In this document: positions 1 through 5,787 of the stretch, piece by piece
How the letters are laid out: each line of letters opens with the position of its first letter
Numbering within the stretch: position 1 is the first letter of the stretch
Source: an uncultured Eggerthellaceae bacterium
Lineage (GTDB): Bacteria; Actinomycetota; Coriobacteriia; Coriobacteriales; Eggerthellaceae
NCBI GenBank assembly: GCA_947566075.1
Contig: CANOIM010000010.1
Span: 52,187-76,186, forward strand
Length of the DNA stretch: 24,000 bases
Reading direction: 5' to 3'
The notes under the pieces: generated by a model
Database searches by the model: none
Told to the model about the DNA's origin: nothing
Seen by the model: the letters and a program-made list of their open reading frames with translations, nothing else
Program-made: the position numbers and the translations under genes

Positions 1-68
1 CCTACGGCTACGGGCCTGACGCCTTCATCGAAGAAGCATCAGCGGCGAAGACGCTTCCCTTCGCTTGA
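1..68 (+). CDS. Possible 3' end of an unidentified CDS entering from upstream of the window (partial, frame 3: ...YGYGPDAFIEEASAAKTLPFA*)
   Basis: Frame is open from the window edge to TGA at 66-68, with mostly G/C third positions. A GC-rich hairpin follows 10 nt later. Frame 1 is also open, so the frame choice is uncertain, and the fragment is too short to identify. Confidence 0.25.
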   Translation, partial: YGYGPDAFIEEASAAKTLPFA

Positions 69-77
69 GGAATGCGA

Positions 78-114
78 GAAGGGGCTGCCTCTCAGAGACG
101 GCCCCTTCATCTTT
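78..114 (+). terminator. Putative intrinsic terminator / shared hairpin between convergent genes
   Basis: GAAGGGGC (78-85) pairs with GCCCCTTC (101-108), extendable by a G-U and a G-C pair, followed by ATCTTT on the + strand. It lies in the gap between two convergent stop codons (66-68 and 158-160). Confidence 0.4.
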
Positions 115-157
115 GGGCAAAACTACGCTTTGGAAGGTCACGAGCTGCTTGTAGGGC

Positions 158-994
158 CTAGCCCTTGTAGGCCTCCTGGAAGCGAGCGACATCCCGCTCA
201 TAGGTGACCAAGGTGGAGTGGGGCTCTTCCAGATAGAAGGCCTTACCAGCCAGGCGCGGATGGTTCGTGAGAGCCGAAAGCGCTTCGAAGCCGATCTGCC
301 CCTCTCCTATGGGCGCATGGCGGTCAACGTGGCTGCCCAAGGCCTCCTTGGAATCATTCAGATGGAAGGCATAGAGCTTATCGAGGCCGATCTTCTGGTC
401 GAACTCATCTAATACGCCATCCAGGTTGGACTTGATGTCATAACCCGCAGCCCACACGGCAGAGGTGTCCATGCAGATGCCCACCTTGTCTGCCTGATCA
501 ACGTTCTTGATCATCTGAGCAAGCTCATCGAAGGTGGAACCCACCTGATGACCCTCCCCCGCCATGGTGTCTATCAGCACCTTGGTGGACTGAGCGGACG
601 TGATGGTCTTATTGAGCGCATCTGACACGTTCTGGATGGCCTCCCCGGCGCTGACGCCCGGCGCGCTGCCCGGACGCACCAGATAATAGTCAATGGGCAG
701 ATGCTCGAGGGCTGCTAGATCCTCTGCCATCACCATGAGCGTGAAATCCTTCTTGGACATCTCAGGGTTGGCTGGTTCCACATCATAGGGGGCATAGCCG
801 CAGGCCTGGGCGATGCCATGCTCTTTCATATAGGCTTGGAAGGCTTCTTCGTCCTTCGGATCAGCCTTCGCCACAGCACCGCCTCGCGGGTTGCGCGTGA
901 AGAACTGGAAGGTGTTCGCGTTGATGGAGACGGCCTCCTTTGCCATGAAGAGGTAGCCTTCGCGCTTGGATAGATGGCATCCGATGGTAAGCAT
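158..994 (-). CDS. nfo: Endonuclease IV (Nfo / AP endonuclease family 2) homologue, 278 aa, with an atypical metal-ligand set
   Basis: The ORF-track ORF 158..1366 is trimmed to the internal ATG at 994 (MLTIGCHLSK...), which has GGGAG 6 nt upstream. It aligns by eye along its full length with E. coli Nfo and B. subtilis YqfS. The C-terminal family signature FHLNDSKEALGSHVDRHAPIGEGQIG is intact. The first two family signatures are broken (YAPYDVEPA, CMDTSAVWAAGY); see findings. Confidence 0.8.
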   Translation of the reverse strand: MLTIGCHLSKREGYLFMAKEAVSINANTFQFFTRNPRGGAVAKADPKDEEAFQAYMKEHGIAQACGYAPYDVEPANPEMSKKDFTLMVMAEDLAALEHLPIDYYLVRPGSAPGVSAGEAIQNVSDALNKTITSAQSTKVLIDTMAGEGHQVGSTFDELAQMIKNVDQADKVGICMDTSAVWAAGYDIKSNLDGVLDEFDQKIGLDKLYAFHLNDSKEALGSHVDRHAPIGEGQIGFEALSALTNHPRLAGKAFYLEEPHSTLVTYERDVARFQEAYKG

Positions 995-1017
995 GATGTT
1001 CTCCCTTTCGCCCAGGA

Positions 1018-1045
1018 TATATAGGAAGAAGGTATGTCCTCCCAA
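1018..1045 (-). promoter_or_regulatory. Putative sigma70-type promoter for the nfo-like gene
   Basis: Minus-strand TTGGGA (1045-1040), 16-nt spacer, TATATA (1023-1018), about 25 nt upstream of the ATG at 994. Pattern match only. Confidence 0.3.
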
Positions 1046-1183
1046 GTGATCTGAGCGCTTCGCAGGTCGAACCGTTACCAGAGAGAAAGCACACTGATAT
1101 CCGATGGGTGGACATTCTGTTGCTTTTAAGGCTGACCTGCCCTTCGAGGCGAACGCCAAAGCGAACATCAAAGATCGGCTACC

Positions 1184-1212
1184 TTGCCCTTCTGAACCCC
1201 TGCTGATATAAC
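1184..1212 (+). promoter_or_regulatory. Putative promoter for the orphan gene 1289-2395
   Basis: TTGCCC (1184-1189), 17-nt spacer, TGA-TATAAC (extended -10, 1204-1212). Pattern match only. Confidence 0.3.
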
Positions 1213-1288
1213 CTAATGCACGCCTGAGTGAAGACATTTGCCAAACCCATGGGACAGAAGCCGGGTCATCTGTCGCTTTGAGTAGAAA

Positions 1289-2395
1289 GTGATCAGGATG
1301 AACATTCCTTACTTCGACGGTTGCGGATCGTTCCAGGTCAAAGGGCCAAACGTCGGACGCGCGCACAGACTACGCATCCCTGTATGGTGGTTCCAGGATC
1401 ATGTGGAGATGGATTGGGCGCTGGTCCTGATCGCCGTTTCCGCTGGTTACCTGCCGCCTTCGGAAGTGATCGACTTCGCATCTCGCACCCTTGAAGAAGA
1501 TAGCCCCCAAAGCATCTGCAACCTTGCCATCCTTGCATTCGAGCCCAACCCCGATGCCGCTCGCGAGGAAAAGGATATTGCCTGCATTGCTGCAGGCATC
1601 AGCAAAGACGAATGGTCGGCTGCTTTTGAAAAGCTGTTCTACGCCGTTGCATGCTGGATGTATGTCGACTGCGTCGACGAATATACCCCATTCCGTTACG
1701 ATCTCTCCGTTGATCTCCATAGACTCTGGGAGGCCCTTGGTCATCCCCGCATCGGCGAACACCTCTTTGGATACAACGAAGGCGAAAGGGAATTCCCGGA
1801 AGGCGTGTTAGGTTCATTGGAGATACCCTGGTCCGCGAGATGCGAACCATTATGGAAACAGTTCGTTGCCGAAGGAAAGGCGAGATTCCAGCCGAAGCAC
1901 GCCTTCACCGAGGCCTCTATAAAGACTAATACAGACTGGAATGTCGCCAACGGCATGCCCTTCATCATCCCAACCCCCTTTATAGCTGAACCTATGAACT
2001 TCTTCGTTGCAGGCGAAGACCCGATGATGAAGCAGCTGCAACATCAATACTATGCATCGAACATAGTCCGCGAGATGTGCAACAGCGAGGGTTTTGTAGT
2101 GGAGTTCGCGATAAGCAGCGGCGTTGAACCGCTCACAGACTGTAAGCCGTCTTTTGCCATCGGCGACGTGTTCGCCGACAGCGATGGGGGGAGCGTCGGT
2201 TTCGTCATGACCGTGAAAGATGGCTATTTGCATTCGCTTGAAGCTTATACGCTTGCTTTCACGCTGGACGGGCGTGGATGGCCTCCGAGTGGAAGCGCGT
2301 TCGACGACGTGCATTACTATCTTTACACACACGAACTGTCCGAACGCGAATGGGATCGTATCCGCCCGAACTGGCAGCTTGAGACATCATCCTAG
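1289..2395 (+). CDS. Hypothetical protein (orphan, about 365-368 aa), no recognisable catalytic motif; possibly immunity-protein-like
   Basis: It is the only long ORF in this interval, and the overlapping antisense ORFs are shorter. The start is ambiguous: GTG 1289, ATG 1298 (MNIPYF...) or ATG 1409 (MDWALV...). G+C is lower than in its neighbours: two 60-nt spot counts give 45-50%, against 60-63% in smc and nfo. No signal peptide or TM segment is apparent. Confidence 0.7.
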   Translation: MIRMNIPYFDGCGSFQVKGPNVGRAHRLRIPVWWFQDHVEMDWALVLIAVSAGYLPPSEVIDFASRTLEEDSPQSICNLAILAFEPNPDAAREEKDIACIAAGISKDEWSAAFEKLFYAVACWMYVDCVDEYTPFRYDLSVDLHRLWEALGHPRIGEHLFGYNEGEREFPEGVLGSLEIPWSARCEPLWKQFVAEGKARFQPKHAFTEASIKTNTDWNVANGMPFIIPTPFIAEPMNFFVAGEDPMMKQLQHQYYASNIVREMCNSEGFVVEFAISSGVEPLTDCKPSFAIGDVFADSDGGSVGFVMTVKDGYLHSLEAYTLAFTLDGRGWPPSGSAFDDVHYYLYTHELSEREWDRIRPNWQLETSS

Positions 2396-2614
2396 ATACG
2401 ATAACAGTCGTGCGACATGGGATGTTGGGTGCAGATGTTATCTTGGAACCCAGTAGGGACGGACGGACTCAAGGGGTCGAGAGCTTGCTGCTGCATCAGA
2501 TCCTAATACCGAAGATCACGTGATGAGCGTTCTGACACGGACGCACTCCCTTCATCTTCAGCGTTCCCTACGGCGGCTGATGCGCATCTGTCTCATGGTT
2601 TTGCGTAGTGACAG

Positions 2615-3120
2615 GCACCGGTTGCGCCCGAAGGGTCCGTGCTTGTCATAAAGCTCATTCAGTATGATACCGCGCGAGAGCCCAAAAGGATTGCAGCTCT
2701 CCCAGCCTCACGGATGGCGTTCATCCTCTTGCAACCCCCGGACAGGAGCGAGCTCCTGTCCCTACGAGGCTAACCTGCACCCTCATCCGTAGGTGCTGGC
2801 TTGCCAGCACGAAACCCTCACCTTTCGCCGTCACAGAGGAAAAATAGGTTCAGGAGATCAACCGGCGCACATCCTCAGGCGCAAAGCGCCCACCACTCAC
2901 CCAGATGGGGCATCAACCTGAACGCGGAGCGATACCCACGCCGAAGGCGTGAGTGAAAGCAGAGGGGGACGCCCATGCCAGCTACACAAAAAGATTCTTC
3001 GCTACGCTCAGAATGACAAAGATACGGGCATCAAGATCGGATGCCCGTCTACGAAAGATAGAGTTGCAACGGTAGAGCCCGCGAACGCGGGCGAGGATCA
3101 AAGAGTGAGCGTAAGCGAAC
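2615..3120 (+). other. Hairpin-dense non-coding tract (candidate structured RNA, long 3' UTR or decayed DNA)
   Basis: No credible ORF in any frame. There is a series of perfect GC-rich stem-loops at 2615-2642, 2740-2761, 2793-2810, 2878-2890, 2937-2951, 3024-3048 and 3077-3092, and the tract is immediately followed by a + strand terminator. Strand assignment is tentative. Confidence 0.35.
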
Positions 3121-3122
3121 GA

Positions 3123-3163
3123 CATTGGTGCCACGTGGTCTTGTGGCACCAATGGCCTTTTTT
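3123..3163 (+). terminator. Rho-independent terminator, strongest in the + orientation (possibly bidirectional, also closing ffh)
   Basis: CATTGGTGCCAC (3123-3134) pairs with GTGGCACCAATG (3143-3154): a perfect 12-bp stem with an 8-nt loop. GCC and TTTTTT (3158-3163) follow. The T-run overlaps the ffh stop codon (3162-3164, minus strand). Confidence 0.75.
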
Positions 3164-4574
3164 ACATGTCCTTCATCATGGATTGCAGGCGACGCAGGTC
3201 TCCCATGCTCATGCCGCCAAGCCCGGGTATGCCACCCTTGCGCTTCTTGCCCTTCTTCCCCTTCTTACCACGCCCTGCCTGCTGAGCAAGACCCGCCGTC
3301 ATCTTCTTGACCATCTTCTTCGTTTCGTTGTACTTCTTCATGAGGTTGTTGACATCGGTCACCGTAACGCCCGACCCGGCCGCGATGCGCTTGCGGCGGC
3401 CCGCGTTCAGTACATCAGGATGCTCCCGCTCCTGCTTGGTCATGGAGTTGATGATGACCTCCATCCCATCCAGCGCATGCTCATCCACCTGGCCAGATCC
3501 CAGCATCTTATCCCCACCGGGCAGCGCGCTCACCAGCTTCGATATGCCGCCCATCTTCTTGACCTGGCGATTCATGGTGATGAAGTCATTCAGGGTGAGG
3601 TTGCCGCGGGCGAGTTCCTCGGCCTCCATCTGCTCTTCTTCAGCCTGTTGCACGCGCACGGCATTCTCGATGAGGGATACCACATCCCCCATCCCCAGGA
3701 TGCGCTTGGCCATGCGGTCAGGATGGAACTCCTCCAAGGAATCCGGCTTCTCGCCAGAGGAGATGAACTTGATGGGCTTGCCCGTCACCTCCCGTACGGA
3801 AAGGGCGCCGCCACCCCGGGCATCGCCATCCATCTTCGACATGATGACGCCGTCGAAGTCTACCTTGTCAGCGAAGGCCTGGACCACGCCCACCACATCC
3901 TGGCCTGTCATGGCATCTACCACCATGAGGATCTCATCGGGAGAGGTGGCTTCCTTGATGGCCGCTGCCTCATCCATCATGGCCTCATCCACATGAAGAC
4001 GGCCTGCCGTGTCTACGATGACCACATCGCGCAGATTGCCGATGGCATCCTGGATGCCATCAGTGGCTATCTTGACCGGGTCCTCCCCGTCTTCGCGGAA
4101 TATGCGCACGCCTATCTCTCCGCCCAAGGTCTCCAGCTGGTCAGCGGCGGCGGGACGATAGATGTCACAGGCCACCAACAGGGGTGAATGACCCTCCTGC
4201 TTCAGCCGGTAAGCCAGCTTAGCGCAGGCCGTGGTCTTACCAGAGCCCTGAAGCCCCACCAGCATGATGACGCTGGGAATGCGCCCTGAGAGCTTCAGCT
4301 TCGCCTGCTCATGACCCAGAAGCTCCGTCAGCTCATCCAGCACGATCTTCACCACGTTCTGAGCAGGAGTGAGCGAATCCATCACCTCAGCGGTAAGGCA
4401 GCGCTCCTTGGTGCGGGAGACGAAGGCCTTCACCACCTTGAAGTTGACATCGGCCTCGAGAAGCGCCAGGCGTATCTCGCGCATGGCTGCATTGATGTCC
4501 TCTTCCGTTAGGCGTCCCTTGCTCTTGAGGCCGGAGAAGATGCCCTGCAGCCGCTGTGAAAGGTTCTCAAGCAT
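3162..4574 (-). CDS. ffh: Signal recognition particle protein Ffh
   Basis: 470 aa. G-domain motifs GLQGSGKTT, DTAGRLH and SKMDGDARGG, a Met-rich M domain and a basic GKKGKKGKKRKG tail. GAGGAG lies 5 nt upstream of the ATG. Confidence 0.97.
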   Translation of the reverse strand: MLENLSQRLQGIFSGLKSKGRLTEEDINAAMREIRLALLEADVNFKVVKAFVSRTKERCLTAEVMDSLTPAQNVVKIVLDELTELLGHEQAKLKLSGRIPSVIMLVGLQGSGKTTACAKLAYRLKQEGHSPLLVACDIYRPAAADQLETLGGEIGVRIFREDGEDPVKIATDGIQDAIGNLRDVVIVDTAGRLHVDEAMMDEAAAIKEATSPDEILMVVDAMTGQDVVGVVQAFADKVDFDGVIMSKMDGDARGGGALSVREVTGKPIKFISSGEKPDSLEEFHPDRMAKRILGMGDVVSLIENAVRVQQAEEEQMEAEELARGNLTLNDFITMNRQVKKMGGISKLVSALPGGDKMLGSGQVDEHALDGMEVIINSMTKQEREHPDVLNAGRRKRIAAGSGVTVTDVNNLMKKYNETKKMVKKMTAGLAQQAGRGKKGKKGKKRKGGIPGLGGMSMGDLRRLQSMMKDM

Positions 4575-4586
4575 GATGGCTCCTCA

Positions 4587-5741
4587 CTACCATTTCTCCC
4601 AGAAATGCTTCTTCTTGGGCTCAGCCGCTTGGCGAGCATCATCCATTTCCACGAACTCCGCCCAGGACATCGTGGCTGGCTCCTCAGGAACAGGCGCTTC
4701 AGCGGGTGCTTCGGCGGTCGGTTCAGGTTCGCCTGCTTCAGAAGGTGCCGTGTCATCCGCAGACAGGCTGAGGTCTGCGCTACGGTCCTCTTCGCTCAGA
4801 AGCTCTTCCGCTTCATCGGCAAGATCGGCCTGCTCGTAATCGCCGATGAGGGCGGCCACGAAATCAGCAGGACGGAAATCCCGCAGATCATCGATGGATT
4901 CACCCACTCCCGCCTTGATGATGGGCAGCCCCAGCTCATGGGAGATAGCCAAGGCGATGCCTCCCTTGGCGCTGCCATCCAGCTTGGTCAGGATGAGGGC
5001 ATCCAGGTCAAGGGCCTTATCGAACTCCCGCGCCTGTTGCAGGCCGTTCTGACCCGTGGTGGCATCTATCACCAGCACGGTATAGACGGGCAGCTTCGAG
5101 CGCTTCCGCGTCACCGCCACCACCTTCTCCAGTTCCCGCATGAGGTCATCGGAGGTATGGAGGCGCCCGGCGGTGTCTATGAGCACGAGATCTGCCCCGG
5201 CTTCCTCAGCCTGTTCCAAGGTGTCAAAGCAGACGCTGGCTGGATCAGAGCCCCGCTCCCGGGTGACGATGGACACATCTGCCCGCTCTGCCCAGATCTC
5301 AAGCTGCTCTATGGCCGCGGCGCGGAACGTATCCGCAGACCCTAGGATGACCGTCCGCCCCGCCTGAGCAGCCTCGTTCGCCAGCTTCCCCACCGTAGTG
5401 GTCTTACCCGTACCATTGATGCCCACGAAGAGGATGACGGCCGGTTGGCCCTCTAGTATCTCTTGGCCACCTTCGGCGAAGGCACCTTGGATCTCCTCGC
5501 TCAGCAGATCCAGCACTGCATAGGCATCCGGGAGCGCAAGGCGCGTGGCCTTATCCCGTAGGTTCTCCACGATCTGGAACGAAGCCGCGCCCCCGATATC
5601 GCTCAGGATCAGCGTCTCCTCCAGATCCTCCCAAAAGCCCTCATCCAGCTCTGGACCACGGCCGAGAAGGACGTTCATGCTCTCTTTGAACTTATCCCGG
5701 GACTTCGCAAGGCCCTCGGTCATGCGCTCGAAGACACCCAT
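4587..5741 (-). CDS. ftsY: Signal recognition particle receptor FtsY (NG domain plus an unusual acidic C-terminal extension)
   Basis: Motifs GINGTGKTTT, DTAGRLH and TKLDGSAKGG. The start is moved from the ORF-track position 5813 to ATG 5741 (MGVFERMTEG...). That ATG has AAGGAGG 5 nt upstream and removes the 26-nt overlap with smc. Confidence 0.93.
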   Translation of the reverse strand: MGVFERMTEGLAKSRDKFKESMNVLLGRGPELDEGFWEDLEETLILSDIGGAASFQIVENLRDKATRLALPDAYAVLDLLSEEIQGAFAEGGQEILEGQPAVILFVGINGTGKTTTVGKLANEAAQAGRTVILGSADTFRAAAIEQLEIWAERADVSIVTRERGSDPASVCFDTLEQAEEAGADLVLIDTAGRLHTSDDLMRELEKVVAVTRKRSKLPVYTVLVIDATTGQNGLQQAREFDKALDLDALILTKLDGSAKGGIALAISHELGLPIIKAGVGESIDDLRDFRPADFVAALIGDYEQADLADEAEELLSEEDRSADLSLSADDTAPSEAGEPEPTAEAPAEAPVPEEPATMSWAEFVEMDDARQAAEPKKKHFWEKW

Positions 5742-5787
5742 TCTCTCCTCCTTGGATCGGACCATTGAGAAAGCCTGCAGCCTACCC

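Noticed and set aside
148-173. Near-duplicate CTTGTAGG(G)CC motif straddling the nfo stop codon
   Set aside because: Only 10-11 nt with no further extension. It is probably a small slippage duplication or chance.
1146-1245. Several 7-8-mers are shared between 1146-1245 and 2946-3120 (GCGAACGC, AGCGAAC, ATCAAAGA, AAGATCGG, TGAGTGAA). They might have marked flanking repeats of an insertion.
   Set aside because: The matches are not colinear in either orientation and are short. They are compatible with chance and compositional bias.
995-1366. N-terminal 124-aa extension of the ORF-track ORF 158..1366
   Set aside because: Homology to Nfo begins exactly at the internal ATG 994, which has its own SD. 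The extension has no protein-like features and overlaps the orphan gene's 5' end.
2579-2588. 10-bp palindrome GATGCGCATC
   Set aside because: Roughly 20 palindromes with 5-bp half-sites are expected by chance in 24 kb, and it has no supporting context.
2990-3016. Small hairpin ATTCT-TCGCTACGCTC-AGAAT. Its translations (..LRYAQNDK.. on one strand, ..HSERSEES.. on the other) look like peptide strings I recall from spurious ORFs in many unrelated genomes.
   Set aside because: I cannot name the underlying element or verify the recollection, and only a single copy is present here. It is noted under the hairpin-dense tract rather than claimed as a known repeat or RNA.
2396-3161. Checked this region for a decayed rpsP (S16) gene after ffh and for RNase P RNA, tmRNA, SRP RNA, T-box, B12-box and tRNA T-loop signatures. 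This included GGTT-CAGGAGATC-AACC at 2847-2863 and the T-box-like ATTGGTGCCAC in the terminator arm.
   Set aside because: No S16-like translation in any minus-strand frame. None of the conserved cores (GAGGAAAGTCC, GGAAGCAGC, GGTTCGAATCC and so on) is present. No downstream + strand gene exists for a cis-regulator to control.
2949-4187. 412-aa + strand ORF antisense to ffh. The same applies to similar long antisense ORFs: 15981-17108, 13829-14536, 7033-7662, 5545-6069, 4605-5345 and 1370-1762.
   Set aside because: These are typical stop-poor antisense frames of high-GC genes. Their composition is His/Arg/Leu/Gly-rich with no motifs, and each is fully covered by a confidently identified gene on the other strand.
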